64,000 nucleotides of DNA from an uncultured bacterium (GCA_964384205.1 CAYLKS010000005.1:3567-67566), one strand, 5' to 3'. Positions 31,108 to 41,624 are shown, counted from the first letter of the stretch. Notes: a model not told the origin generated them from the sequence alone. Numbers and translations: made by a program.

Positions 31108-32020
31108 TTTTTATTTTCCTATATAAAAAAGCTTTTAATGTTTGAAACATTAATAAAGAAGTTGTTATACTACCTACCCCTCCTGGAACAGGTGTTATTA
31201 AACTAACTTTGTTATAAACATCTTCAAAATCAACATCTCCAACCATCTTATGCTTACCATCAACTATAATATCATTTATTCCTGCATCTATTACTACTGC
31301 ATCTTTTTTTATCATAGATGATTTTATAAAATTAGCCCTGCCAATTCCAATTATCAAAATATCAGCATTTAATAAATATTCCTCAAGATTCTGTGTTCTT
31401 GAATGACATACAGTAACAGTAGCATTTGCATACTCATCCTTTTCTAACAACATTAAAGCCAGAGGCTTTCCAATGACAATGCTTCTATTCAAAATAACAA
31501 CATTTTTCCCCTCTGGTTTTATATCATAATATTTTAACAATGAATATATAGCCAAAGCAGTATTAGGATAAAATAAAATATTATTACCTGTTACCAGCTT
31601 GCCTAAATTCTTAGTTGACTGGCAATCCACATCTTTATATTCTGATATTGCATCAAGAATCATTTGAGTATTTAAATGCTTTGGTAAAGGAACCTGTACT
31701 TGAATTCCATCTATTTCATTAGAACTATTCAAATTATTAATCAAAGAAATCAATTCTTGTTGACTAATGCCAGGCTCAAATTTTTTTTCAATAGCATTTA
31801 GTCCAATTTTATTAAAATTTTTAATAATTGACTTAACATAATAATTAGAAGCAGGATCTAATCCAGAATTAACAATTGCCAAAGTAGGTTTTCTATCTAA
31901 TCGAAAAGCAAAATCCTTAATAATTTGTTTAATCTCTCTGGCAATTTTTCTACCATCGAGTTTTTTATCTTGAGCATAAAATTTTAAAGAATTTAAACTA
32001 CTGAGTAAATTTTCAATCAT
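31100..32020 (-). CDS. folD: bifunctional 5,10-methylene-THF dehydrogenase / methenyl-THF cyclohydrolase
   Basis: 306 aa with FolD motifs (IQVPLP.H, VVILNRSIVIGKPLA, PVPGGVG). Confidence 0.85.
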   Translation of the reverse strand: MIENLLSSLNSLKFYAQDKKLDGRKIAREIKQIIKDFAFRLDRKPTLAIVNSGLDPASNYYVKSIIKNFNKIGLNAIEKKFEPGISQQELISLINNLNSSNEIDGIQVQVPLPKHLNTQMILDAISEYKDVDCQSTKNLGKLVTGNNILFYPNTALAIYSLLKYYDIKPEGKNVVILNRSIVIGKPLALMLLEKDEYANATVTVCHSRTQNLEEYLLNADILIIGIGRANFIKSSMIKKDAVVIDAGINDIIVDGKHKMVGDVDFEDVYNKVSLITPVPGGVGSITTSLLMFQTLKAFLYRKIKNE

Positions 32021-32810
32021 AACTCTTTTTTATTGAAAACCTTTCAATACCGTTAGCCAAACCTGTTGATTTATTAATAGTTACAACAACACCTTCTAAT
32101 TTAGGTAAATTTTTTGATGAATTTAACTTCATAGGAATCTGAGTTAAAAATCTATATATACTTTGAGAAGGTTCAAACCCCATAACAGAATAATGAGCAC
32201 CTGTCATTCCGGCATCTGTTATATAAGCTGTTCCACCAGGTAATACTTCTTCATCAGCAGTCTGAACATGAGTATGAGAACCAATAACAGCAGAAATCCT
32301 ACCATCAAAATAAAACCCAAAAGCTTTCTTCTCTGCTGTTGATATGGCATGAAAATCAACAATAATGTAATTGGTTTTTTTTCTAATAAAATCAATACGT
32401 TCTTCTAATGCTGCAAATGGGCAATCTATAGGCTTCATAAAAGTTCTTCCCTCAAGATTAACAGCGGCTAATACTATTCCTTCTTTTTCTATAAAAGCAT
32501 AACCACTGCCTGGCACCTCTGTTGTATAATTCAAAGGTCTTAATAATCTGGATTCCTTTTCTAAAACGAACTCAACATCTTTTTTATCCCACACATGAGA
32601 ACCCGTTGTTATAATATCAACTCCTGACTGAAATAACTTATAAACTATATCAACCGTAATACCAAGACCACCTGCGGAATTTTCTCCATTAGCTATAATA
32701 AAAAGAGGATCATATTTTTCTTTTAAATAATTTATTTTCTCAGTAAAAAAGCTCCTACCTGCCCGCCCTACAATGTCAGCTATAAAAATAATATTAAAAT
32801 TATTTTGCAT
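32013..32810 (-). CDS. ymdB: TIGR00282/YmdB-family metallophosphoesterase
   Basis: 265 aa, IIFIADIVGRAGR...DFHAISTAEK...GSHTHVQTAD. Conserved pairing downstream of rny. Confidence 0.85.
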   Translation of the reverse strand: MQNNFNIIFIADIVGRAGRSFFTEKINYLKEKYDPLFIIANGENSAGGLGITVDIVYKLFQSGVDIITTGSHVWDKKDVEFVLEKESRLLRPLNYTTEVPGSGYAFIEKEGIVLAAVNLEGRTFMKPIDCPFAALEERIDFIRKKTNYIIVDFHAISTAEKKAFGFYFDGRISAVIGSHTHVQTADEEVLPGGTAYITDAGMTGAHYSVMGFEPSQSIYRFLTQIPMKLNSSKNLPKLEGVVVTINKSTGLANGIERFSIKKSYD

Positions 32811-34356
32811 ATTCTATCGCCCTCTTTTCTCTAATAACGGTAACTTTAATTTGTCCCGGAAATTCTAATTCATTTTTTATTTTTTCAGCAATATTAGAAG
32901 CAAGTTCGTCGGCTCCAAGATCATCTATTTCTTTAGGATTAACAATAACTCTCACTTCTCTTCCTGCTTGTATAGCATAAGCTTTCTCAACACCTTCAAA
33001 AGAATCAGCAATATTTTCCAATCTCTCTAATCTTCTAATATATTGTTCAAGACTTTCTCTTCTTGCACCAGGTCTTGCTCCGGATATTGCATCAGCAGCC
33101 TGTACAATAACTGTAATTGGACTAATTGGTTCTACATCTTCATGATGACCGAGTATAGCATTAAGAACAATATCCTTTTCTCCATAGCGTTTCGCATATT
33201 CATAACCAATTTCTGTATGAGTTCCTTCCATATCTCTATCAATAGCCTTACCAATATCATGCAAAAGTCCTGCTCTTTTGGCAAGAGTAACATTCAAACC
33301 AAGTTCTGCAGCAATACCTGCACTAATAATTGCAACTTCTTTTGAATGAGCCAATACATTCTGTCCATATGAAGTTCTATATTTCAATTTCCCCAATAAC
33401 TTAACTAATTCTGGATGTAAATCATGTATTCCCAGATCAAATAACACATTTTCTGCCTCTTCAATCATATTCTTCTCAAATTCTTTTTCCACTTTCTCAA
33501 CAACTTCTTCTATCCTACCCGGATGAATTCTTCCATCTTTAATAAGAATTTCCATAGCTCTTTTCGCTATTTCTCTTTTTAATGTATTAAAAGCAGATAA
33601 TACAATAAAACCAGGAGAATCATCAACAATAACATCAACCCCTGTAATCTCTTCAAAATGCTTTATATTTCTTCCTTCTCTACCAATAATTCTACCTTTC
33701 ATCATATCATCATTACCTAAATCTACTGTAGAAACTGTTGAATTAACACTTACATCAGCAGCACATCTCTGTATTGCCTGAACAATAACCTCATTAGCTT
33801 CTTTTTCAGCATTTTTTATAACATTTTCTTTAATTTCCTTTGCTCTTTGTAAAGCCTCTCTTCTTGCTTTTTCCTCAACTTCTTTCAATAACAAATCTTT
33901 AGCTTCTTCTTCTGTCAATTTTGAAATTTCTTCCAATTTCTTCACTTCTTGTTCTACTAATTGACTGACTTCTTGTTCCTTCTTCTCAAGTTCTTTTTTG
34001 AGTTTATTAAGCTCTTCTTCCTTAGTACTAACATCCAATTCCTTTTTATTAATAAACTCCGCTTTCTTTTCTATTGAAGCCTCTCGCTGCATTAACTTCT
34101 TCTCAATCTCCTGAAGTTCTAACCTCTTGCTTTTAGTTTCTTCTTCAAATTTATGTTTGAGTCTATACATTTCATCTTTAGCTTCAATTGATGCTGTTTT
34201 TTTAATTAATGAAGCTTCCTTTTCCGCTTCCTCTATAATTTTTTTAGATTGTATTTCAGCATTTTGGATCTTTGTCTGAAAAATTTTTTTAGCAATAAAA
34301 AAGCCAACTCCAAAAGCCAATAAAAATCCTATAACAGAACTTATAACTGTACTCAT
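32800..34356 (-). CDS. rny: ribonuclease Y
   Basis: 518 aa with an N-terminal TM segment, a coiled coil, a KH domain (GRIIGREGRNIKHFEEITGVDV) and an HD domain (LAHSKEVA...LLHDIGKA). Confidence 0.9.
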   Translation of the reverse strand: MSTVISSVIGFLLAFGVGFFIAKKIFQTKIQNAEIQSKKIIEEAEKEASLIKKTASIEAKDEMYRLKHKFEEETKSKRLELQEIEKKLMQREASIEKKAEFINKKELDVSTKEEELNKLKKELEKKEQEVSQLVEQEVKKLEEISKLTEEEAKDLLLKEVEEKARREALQRAKEIKENVIKNAEKEANEVIVQAIQRCAADVSVNSTVSTVDLGNDDMMKGRIIGREGRNIKHFEEITGVDVIVDDSPGFIVLSAFNTLKREIAKRAMEILIKDGRIHPGRIEEVVEKVEKEFEKNMIEEAENVLFDLGIHDLHPELVKLLGKLKYRTSYGQNVLAHSKEVAIISAGIAAELGLNVTLAKRAGLLHDIGKAIDRDMEGTHTEIGYEYAKRYGEKDIVLNAILGHHEDVEPISPITVIVQAADAISGARPGARRESLEQYIRRLERLENIADSFEGVEKAYAIQAGREVRVIVNPKEIDDLGADELASNIAEKIKNELEFPGQIKVTVIREKRAIEYAK

Positions 34357-34433
34357 CTATTTTCCTCCTTTAATCGCAGTCATTTTGTTATGTTCAAATT
34401 CTTGTTTCCAATCTCAAAAATAAAAACCTATTA

Positions 34434-34590
34434 AAAAACCCCGCTTTGCCGTGTAGTTTGGAGATTTGAACCTTGCGGTTCAATTAGAGACAATCCAATG
34501 AAGCAGACAAGCCACTTCAAAAGATTGTCTCAAAATTTTGAGTGTTGGCTCAAATTTTCCCGACTATCACGAGCAAAGCAGGGTTTATTT
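34434..34590 (-). ncRNA. candidate structured small RNA (a 15-bp closing helix enclosing three hairpins); strand and class uncertain; syntenic with 6S RNA downstream of zapA
   Basis: CCCCGCTTTGCCGTG (34439-34453) pairs with CACGAGCAAAGCAGGG (34568-34583). Internal hairpins are GAGACAATC/GATTGTCTC, TTGAACC-ttgc-GGTTCAA and CTCAAA/TTTGAG. On the minus strand the helix is followed by UUUUUU. The region lies in the 228-nt gap between the zapA stop and the rny start. Confidence 0.35.
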
Positions 34591-34848
34591 ATCTAACAAA
34601 TCTTTCATGCGTTTTTCAATTTTATCTAATTTTTCATCCTGTTCTTTTTTATAGGTGAAAAATTCATCCGCAATAAAAAAAACTGCAAGCAATGCTATTT
34701 TCTCTGTTGATTGAAACGGTGCCTTACTCTCTATCTCTTTTATCTTTGTATTAACAAAATCCTCTAAATTTCTCACATATTCATCACTTGCATCTGTTTT
34801 TAAATTAAATTTATTTCCATGTATAGTAATATTTACTACTCTCTTCAT
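34585..34848 (-). CDS. zapA: cell division protein ZapA-like
   Basis: 87 aa, VNITIHGNKFNLKTDASDEYVRNLEDFVNTKI, fits the ZapA N-terminal domain, followed by a short coiled coil. Confidence 0.6.
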   Translation of the reverse strand: MKRVVNITIHGNKFNLKTDASDEYVRNLEDFVNTKIKEIESKAPFQSTEKIALLAVFFIADEFFTYKKEQDEKLDKIEKRMKDLLDK

Positions 34849-34868
34849 TTCGTGATAGCCGTTTTTTT

Positions 34869-35135
34869 TTAATCTTCTAATAAATCTAACATTCTCTTAA
34901 TACGAACTGCAATCTCTTCTTCTTTATTCTTCAACTCACTAAAACTTTTTTCAATATCTTTCAACCTTTTATTTTCATCTTCCAAATCATTTAATTTATA
35001 TTTTAATTGCTTAATTTCATTCTCTAATTGCTCTTTAATTAATTCTAAATTCTTTTTATCTTCTTCTAATATCTTTACTCGCTGAGATAAAAAATTTATC
35101 TTACCTTCTAACTTATCTAAAATCTCAAGTTCCAC
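34869..35135 (-). CDS. coiled-coil protein (possible ZapB-like division factor)
   Basis: 88 aa, entirely heptad-repeat coiled coil (LEEDKKNLELIKEQLENEIKQLKYKLNDLEDENKRLK), lying between pheT and zapA. Confidence 0.4.
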   Translation of the reverse strand: MELEILDKLEGKINFLSQRVKILEEDKKNLELIKEQLENEIKQLKYKLNDLEDENKRLKDIEKSFSELKNKEEEIAVRIKRMLDLLED

Positions 35136-35146
35136 ACCGAACCTCT

Positions 35147-37543
35147 TTATCTTAAAACCAAATCAAAAGTTTTACTCATCTGCATTCTAATCTTCTCGTT
35201 TACCCTATTAACACTTTCATCTGTCAATGTCTTCTTCTTATCTCGATAAATAATTTTTATAGTTATTGCAACCTCATCTGAAGCCATATTCTTACCTTTA
35301 TACAAATCTTTTAAATAAACATTCTGAATAAGATTCTTGCCTATGCCCTTAATCAAATTATAACATTTTCTAAAACTAAAATCTGACCTTGCAATAAAAG
35401 AAATATCTCTATCAATGAAAGGAAATGGGACTATCTCTTTCAAAATAAATTGTCTTTCTTTATAAAATTCTAAAAGAAAATCAAAATCTAATTCAGAAAC
35501 TACAAAATCTTTTTTTACTTCAAATTTTTCACTTAAATCTTTATTTAATAAACCAATAAAACCTATTATCCTGTCTCCATAAACAAGCTCTGCTTGAAAA
35601 TCTTTATCTAAAAAATCTAAATTAGATTTTCTAAATTCTAACAATTCTTCAGATAATCCAACCAGATATAAATAATTTTCAACAATACCTTTTAAATAAT
35701 AAAAATCAAGTTCCTGATCCGTTGTTCTCCAAAAATTCTGATTCTTCCAATTAGCAATACCAATTGATAACCTATATCTTTCATCAGGCAAAACAGAAAA
35801 ACCATTAGAAATAAATATCTTCCCTACTTCAAATAACTTAACAATTTCATGATATCTATTTACATTTAATCTAAGAGTCTTAATAAGTCCAGGAATTAAT
35901 GATTGTCTTAAGCCATCTAATTCCTTGCTCAATGGATTTAATATTTTCACAAATTTATCTTTAGAAGAAAAATACCCTGAAAATTCGGTATCGATTAGTG
36001 GATTTGTGAGAATCCTATTAAAACCATTTCCTAAAAAATAATTATCCACTAATTTATAAAGATTTTCTTCAAATAAATTATCTTTAACTTTAAAATTTAA
36101 AGTTATCTGATTAGAAACTGGTATCTTATCATAACCATAAATACGTGCTATTTCTTCTATTAAATCAATTTCCCTCGATAAATCATGCCGATACAAAGGA
36201 ACAATGCATTCCAGTTCAGAATTATTTCTACTTTTTATTTCAATGCCAATGCTTGTAAAAATAGAATCTACTACTGACTTCTCTATATCCAGATTAACTT
36301 TTTGCTTCAGACTATCGTAAGAAAAAATAATTTGTTTCTTCTCAAGTTTATTCGGATAAACATCTACTGTTCTATAAATATATTTTGCATTGGCCAAATT
36401 CTTAAAAAGATACGCTGCATAGTCCGCAGCATAAGCTGTTATCTCAGGATTTGCTCCTCTTGAAAACCTATTAGATGCTTCTGTATGCAATCCTAATATC
36501 CTTCGAGCTCTAAAAATTGCCTTAGGATCAAAATAAGCACTTTCGAGAAAAATATCTTTCGTTGAGGAATCTATTTCTGTTTCAGCACCACCCATAACAC
36601 CAGCAATTGCAATTGGTTCACCATTATCAGTAATCATTAAAATATTTTCATCTAACTGCCTTTCAACATCATCTAATGTTGTAAATTTTTGACCTTTTTC
36701 AGCCTTTTTTATAATTACTTTTTTATTTGGCAGCTTTTGATAATCAAAAGCATGCAGAGGTTGTCCATATTCAATCATAACAAGATTTGTTATATCAACA
36801 ACATTATTAATAGATCTCATACCTGCTATTTCAATCTTATTTCTTAGCCAGTATGGAGATTCTGTTATCTGAACATCCTTAATAAGCTTCCCACAATATC
36901 TCGGACATCCCTGCAAATCTTCAATTTCAATATCAAACTCATCAGATATCTCTAATTCATTCTCCAAGTTAAATTCACGTTTTTTCAACGGAGTATTAAA
37001 CAATGCAGAAATTTCTCGGGCTATTCCAATTATCGATAAAGCATCAGGTCTATTAGCAGTAATTTCAAGCTCATAGACATAATCATCAAAATATTCTACT
37101 TCATTTAAAGGCTTTCCAACTTCTAAATCATCTGGCAATACAAGGATACCTTGGTGCTCTTCAGATAATTCTAATTCCTTAGCAGAACATATCATACCAT
37201 ATGATTCTATACCTCGAAGCTTTGCTTTTTTTATCTTAAAATTTCCCGGTAATTCTGCTCCAATTAAAGCAACCGGTACTGTTTGCCCTGCCTTAACATT
37301 AGGCGCTCCACATACTATTTGCAATAATTCTGTTCCAACATCAACTTTACATACAGATAATTTATCAGCCTCTGGATGTTTATTAGATTCTATAACTTTA
37401 CCAACCACTAAATTTGATAAATCCTGTAATCTTTTTTCAAATGCTACTACTTCAAGCCCTGCATTGGTCAATTTATCAACCAATTCTTCTGGGGAAAAAT
37501 TGATTTCAACAAATTCCGATAACCATTTATAACTAAATCTCAT
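35147..37543 (-). CDS. pheT: phenylalanine--tRNA ligase beta subunit
   Basis: 798 aa with a tRNA-binding OB domain at the N-terminus, B3/B4, B5 and FDX-ACB domains. Confidence 0.93.
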   Translation of the reverse strand: MRFSYKWLSEFVEINFSPEELVDKLTNAGLEVVAFEKRLQDLSNLVVGKVIESNKHPEADKLSVCKVDVGTELLQIVCGAPNVKAGQTVPVALIGAELPGNFKIKKAKLRGIESYGMICSAKELELSEEHQGILVLPDDLEVGKPLNEVEYFDDYVYELEITANRPDALSIIGIAREISALFNTPLKKREFNLENELEISDEFDIEIEDLQGCPRYCGKLIKDVQITESPYWLRNKIEIAGMRSINNVVDITNLVMIEYGQPLHAFDYQKLPNKKVIIKKAEKGQKFTTLDDVERQLDENILMITDNGEPIAIAGVMGGAETEIDSSTKDIFLESAYFDPKAIFRARRILGLHTEASNRFSRGANPEITAYAADYAAYLFKNLANAKYIYRTVDVYPNKLEKKQIIFSYDSLKQKVNLDIEKSVVDSIFTSIGIEIKSRNNSELECIVPLYRHDLSREIDLIEEIARIYGYDKIPVSNQITLNFKVKDNLFEENLYKLVDNYFLGNGFNRILTNPLIDTEFSGYFSSKDKFVKILNPLSKELDGLRQSLIPGLIKTLRLNVNRYHEIVKLFEVGKIFISNGFSVLPDERYRLSIGIANWKNQNFWRTTDQELDFYYLKGIVENYLYLVGLSEELLEFRKSNLDFLDKDFQAELVYGDRIIGFIGLLNKDLSEKFEVKKDFVVSELDFDFLLEFYKERQFILKEIVPFPFIDRDISFIARSDFSFRKCYNLIKGIGKNLIQNVYLKDLYKGKNMASDEVAITIKIIYRDKKKTLTDESVNRVNEKIRMQMSKTFDLVLR

Positions 37544-37549
37544 ATCTTT

Positions 37550-38563
37550 TTAAAATTGGTTTAAAAAATTCAAATTATTTTCAAAAAATAATCTTATATC
37601 ATTAATCTGATATTTTAACATTGTAATCCTTTCAACACCCATACCAAAAGCATAACCACTATAAATTTCAGTATCATAATCAACATATTTAAAAACTTCA
37701 GGATCAACCATACCAGCTCCAGCTACCTCTATCCAACCAGTATGTTTACAAACATTACAACCTTTACCACCGCAAAAAATGCAACTTATATCTACCTCTG
37801 TACTTGGCTCTGTAAATGGGAAAAATGAAGGCCTAAAACGCAACTTTACATCTTTTGAAAAAAATGATTGAAAAAAATATGTCAAAATTCCTTTTAAATC
37901 TGCAAAACTTACATTTTTATCAACATACAACCCCTCTATCTGATGAAAAACCGGAGAATGTGTAGCATCAGGAGTATCACTTCTATAACAGGGACCTGGC
38001 GAAATCATTGCAATAGGAGGCTTTTGTTTTTCCATAACTCTAATTTGAACAGGAGATGTATGTGTCCTCAATAAAATATGCTCTGATACATAAAAAGTAT
38101 CATGCATATCTCTTGCAGGATGATCTTCAGGTATATTAAGTGCTTCAAAATTATAATAATCTGTCTCTACCTGGGGACCTTCAACTATATCAAACCCTAC
38201 ATTAGAAAAAATACTCTTACAATCTTCTAACACCTTTAATATAATATTTTTATATCCTTTAGAAACATAAGTCCCCGGCAAAGTAATATCATAAAAAACT
38301 AAATCTTTTTTAGAGCTTAAAGCTTTTTCTATTTTTTTAACTTCTGCTTCAATATCCTTTTTCAACATATTAGCTTCTTTACCAACAATTCGTTTCATAT
38401 CAACAGCAAGTTCTGGCAATAATTTCAAAATCTCAGTTATTTTACCTGTTTTTTTATTCAAATATTTACTTTTAAACTCTAATAAATCAGAGATTTTTGA
38501 AATTTCTTTAAGCTCTTTTTCGGCTTCTTTTCTAATATTTTTTAACTTTTCAATAATATCCAT
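37550..38563 (-). CDS. pheS: phenylalanine--tRNA ligase alpha subunit
   Basis: 337 aa with class II aaRS motifs (FRPSFFPFTEPS, GAGMV). Confidence 0.93.
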   Translation of the reverse strand: MDIIEKLKNIRKEAEKELKEISKISDLLEFKSKYLNKKTGKITEILKLLPELAVDMKRIVGKEANMLKKDIEAEVKKIEKALSSKKDLVFYDITLPGTYVSKGYKNIILKVLEDCKSIFSNVGFDIVEGPQVETDYYNFEALNIPEDHPARDMHDTFYVSEHILLRTHTSPVQIRVMEKQKPPIAMISPGPCYRSDTPDATHSPVFHQIEGLYVDKNVSFADLKGILTYFFQSFFSKDVKLRFRPSFFPFTEPSTEVDISCIFCGGKGCNVCKHTGWIEVAGAGMVDPEVFKYVDYDTEIYSGYAFGMGVERITMLKYQINDIRLFFENNLNFLNQF

Positions 38564-38566
38564 TTC

Positions 38567-38923
38567 TTAAGCCAAAGCCTGTTTAACCTGTTCAACAACA
38601 CTTTTAAAAGCAACAGGATCATTAACAGCAAGATCTGCCAAATATTTTCTATTTAAATTAATTTCAGCTTTTTTCAAACCATTAATAAATTTACTATAAG
38701 AAATTCCATTTTCTCTACATGCAGCGTTAATCCTAACAATCCACAATTTTCTAAAATCTCTTTTTCTTAATTTTCTACCAACATAAGAAAATTGCAACGC
38801 TCTTTCTACTGCTTCTGTAGCAGTTCTAATTAAATTCTTTCTTCTTCCCCAATACCCTTTTGCTTGCTTTAATATTTTTTTCTTTCTTCTATGAGAAGCA
38901 ACAGTTGATTTAACTCTTGTCAT
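38567..38923 (-). CDS. rplT: 50S ribosomal protein L20
   Basis: 118 aa, [30 protein letters not shown]. Confidence 0.95.
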   Translation of the reverse strand: MTRVKSTVASHRRKKKILKQAKGYWGRRKNLIRTATEAVERALQFSYVGRKLRKRDFRKLWIVRINAACRENGISYSKFINGLKKAEINLNRKYLADLAVNDPVAFKSVVEQVKQALA

Positions 38924-38936
38924 TATTCCACTCCTT

Positions 38937-39140
38937 CTATAGATATGGTATCAATTGTTTAACTCTTTTTTCATCTGCTTTTGCAACAATAACATTTTTC
39001 CTTAAATTTCTTTTTCTTTTAGAAGATTTATTAAGCATCAAATGGCTTGCAAAAGATCTATCTCTTTTAATTTTTCCTTTGCCTGTTTTTTTAAACCTCT
39101 TTGCAGCTCCTCTATGAGTTTTTATCTTCGGCATTTTCAT
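38937..39140 (-). CDS. rpmI: 50S ribosomal protein L35
   Basis: 67 aa, [24 protein letters not shown]. Confidence 0.9.
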   Translation of the reverse strand: MKMPKIKTHRGAAKRFKKTGKGKIKRDRSFASHLMLNKSSKRKRNLRKNVIVAKADEKRVKQLIPYL

Positions 39141-39690
39141 CTCCTTTTTGTTTTTTTTGTAATTCTTTTAATTGTTTCTGGCTCTTTGGAGCAAGAACCA
39201 TCTGCATCAACCTATTTTCCAATTTAGGCTCCACTTCCACATTAGAAATATCTTTTAAAGTTTCTATCAAATTATTTAATACCTCATAACCATACTCTGG
39301 ATGCGATAATTCCCTACCTCTAAACCGAACTGTCAACTTAACCTTATCGCCATTTTCAAGAAAAGATCTAATATGCTTTATTTTAACATCTAAATCATGT
39401 TTATCAATCTTAGGACGCATTTTTATTTCTTTTACTTGAATCTTATGTTGTTTTTTCTTTGCCAATTTTTGTTTTTTATTAATCTTATACTTATACTTTC
39501 CATAATCCAATATTCTACATACGGGCGGTTTTGCATCTGGTGCCACTTCCACTAAATCAAGATTTCGTTCTTCTGCTAATTTTATTGCATCATTTACAGA
39601 TACAATCCCCACTTGTTTTCCTTTATCGTCTATCAATCTCACTTTAGGTGCGCGAATCTCATAGTTAATACGTAAATTCTCAGCCTTAAT
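39112..39690 (-). CDS. infC: translation initiation factor IF-3 with a non-canonical AUU start
   Basis: The reading frame is open upstream of the ORF-track GTG at 39642. AGGAGGA is followed by a 7-nt spacer and ATT (39688-39690). Translation gives (M)[23 protein letters not shown], the conserved IF-3 N-terminus. Confidence 0.85.
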   Translation of the reverse strand: MKAENLRINYEIRAPKVRLIDDKGKQVGIVSVNDAIKLAEERNLDLVEVAPDAKPPVCRILDYGKYKYKINKKQKLAKKKQHKIQVKEIKMRPKIDKHDLDVKIKHIRSFLENGDKVKLTVRFRGRELSHPEYGYEVLNNLIETLKDISNVEVEPKLENRLMQMVLAPKSQKQLKELQKKQKGDENAEDKNS

Positions 39691-39704
39691 AGTCTTTCCT
39701 CCTG

Positions 39705-41624
39705 CTAAATTGTTTTATTATTTATTTTTTCTTTCATTTCTTTAATTAAATCATCAATAGAAATAGAACCTCTATCTCCTATTTTTCTCTGCCTAAGAGA
39801 TAAATTCCCGGATTCTTTTTCCTTTTCTCCAACAATAGCCATATATGGCACTTTATGCATCTCTGATTCTCTAATTTTATACTTAAGGTTCTCATTTCTG
39901 GTATCTACAAAAACCCTTATACCTTCTTTTAAAAATATATCAGAGATTTCTTTTGCAAAATCTAAATATTTTTCAGAAACGGGGATAATAGCCAGCTGAA
40001 CTGGTGCCAGCCAGAGAGGGAAATCACCCGCATAATGCTCAATCAATATGCCAAAAAATCTTTCTAAAGAACCCATCAATGCTCTATGTATCATTATAGG
40101 CTGATGCTCTTTTCCATCTTCTCCAATATAAGATATGCCAAACCTCTCAGGCAAATTAAAATCTACCTGAATAGTAGAACATTGCCATGATCTATTTAAT
40201 ACATCTTTAATTTTTATATCTATTTTAGGACCATAAAAAACGCCTTCCCCCGGATCTATTTCATATTCCAATCCTATTGATTCTAAAGCATCTTTTAAAG
40301 ATTCTGTAGCTATATCCCAATTCTCCTGAGAACCTACAAATTTTTCAGGCTGAGTTGATAAATAAACCTCATACCTTTCAAAACCAAAGGTTTTCAATAT
40401 AAATAAAGTAAAATTTAATACTTTTGATATTTCATCTTTCAACTGCTCTGGAGTACAATAAACATGTGCATCATCCTGAGTAAAACCTCGCACTCTCATC
40501 AAACCATGCAAAACACCACTTCTTTCATAACGATATACTGTCCCAAGTTCAGCATATCTGATAGGCAACTCACGATAACTTCTTAATTTACTTTTATATA
40601 TGTTAATATGAAAAGGACAATTCATAGGCTTTAGCTGATAAAAAGAATTTTCTACCTTCATCGGCGAAAACATATTCTCATTATAAAAACCTAAATGCCC
40701 ACTCGTTTCCCATAAATCAATCCTTGCAATATGAGGCGTATATAACAAATGATAACCTGCCTTAAAATGCTCATTTTTCCAGAAATTTTCAATCTCATTC
40801 CTTATAATACTTCCTTTAGGATGCCAGAGTACAAGCCCAGGACCTATTTCATTATTTATATCAAACAATTCTAATTCTTTACCTAATTTTCTATGGTCTC
40901 TCTTCTTCGCTTCCTCTAATCTATTCAAATATTCTTTTAATAATTTTTTATCAGGAAAGGAAATTCCATAAATTCTTTGCAACATCTTATTATTTTCATC
41001 GCCTCTCCAATAAGCACCAGCAATACTCAATAATTTCACAGCTTTTATCATTCCCGTAGAAGGTAAATGCGGCCCTCTACAAAGATCAATAAATGAAGAA
41101 TGTTTGTAAATTGATATCACCTCTCCCTCTGGAAGCTCATTTATCAACTCTACTTTATACTTCTCCCCCATTTCTTCAAATAATTTTAACGCTTCTTCTC
41201 TTGATATTTCCTCTCTAACAAAAGGTGCATTCTCTTTAGTAATTTCTTTCATTCTATTTTCAATCTTCTCAAGATCCTCTGGTGTAAATGGCTCATCTCT
41301 ATCAAAATCATAATAAAATCCTTCCTCAATCGCAGGCCCTATAGTAACCAATGTCTCCGGGAATAAATCTTTCACAGCCTGCGCCATTACATGAGCACTA
41401 CTATGCCAATAAACCATCTTCCCTTGAGGATCATCAAAAGTCAAAATTTTAATAGAACAATCTTTTTCAATAGGTCTTGTCAAATCTATCACATCTCTAT
41501 CATCTATTAAAATAGCAACTGCCTTTCTCGCAAGGCTATTTGATATCTCTTTGGCAATCTCAAGGCCTGTTACACGATTATTATACTCTTTTATATTTCC
41601 ATCAGGAAATTTAATTCTAACCAT
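39705..41624 (-). CDS. thrS: threonine--tRNA ligase
   Basis: 639 aa with TGS, editing, class II catalytic and anticodon-binding domains. It leads the thrS-infC-rpmI-rplT-pheST cluster. Confidence 0.95.
   Translation of the reverse strand: MVRIKFPDGNIKEYNNRVTGLEIAKEISNSLARKAVAILIDDRDVIDLTRPIEKDCSIKILTFDDPQGKMVYWHSSAHVMAQAVKDLFPETLVTIGPAIEEGFYYDFDRDEPFTPEDLEKIENRMKEITKENAPFVREEISREEALKLFEEMGEKYKVELINELPEGEVISIYKHSSFIDLCRGPHLPSTGMIKAVKLLSIAGAYWRGDENNKMLQRIYGISFPDKKLLKEYLNRLEEAKKRDHRKLGKELELFDINNEIGPGLVLWHPKGSIIRNEIENFWKNEHFKAGYHLLYTPHIARIDLWETSGHLGFYNENMFSPMKVENSFYQLKPMNCPFHINIYKSKLRSYRELPIRYAELGTVYRYERSGVLHGLMRVRGFTQDDAHVYCTPEQLKDEISKVLNFTLFILKTFGFERYEVYLSTQPEKFVGSQENWDIATESLKDALESIGLEYEIDPGEGVFYGPKIDIKIKDVLNRSWQCSTIQVDFNLPERFGISYIGEDGKEHQPIMIHRALMGSLERFFGILIEHYAGDFPLWLAPVQLAIIPVSEKYLDFAKEISDIFLKEGIRVFVDTRNENLKYKIRESEMHKVPYMAIVGEKEKESGNLSLRQRKIGDRGSISIDDLIKEMKEKINNKTI

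Noticed and set aside
34434-34590. Confident assignment of the structured intergenic RNA as 6S RNA.
   Set aside because: Synteny (directly after zapA) fits ssrS, but the fold is a closing helix with three internal hairpins rather than the long interrupted rod with a central bubble expected for 6S. It is only about 150 nt. It is kept as an unclassified candidate.
38917-39289. Cluster of plus-strand small ORFs (38917-39117, 39042-39227, 39101-39289) over rpmI/infC.
   Set aside because: They are antisense to ribosomal protein L35 and the IF-3 coding sequence. Their Phe/Leu/Ser-rich translations are artefacts of the Lys/Arg-rich sense strand.
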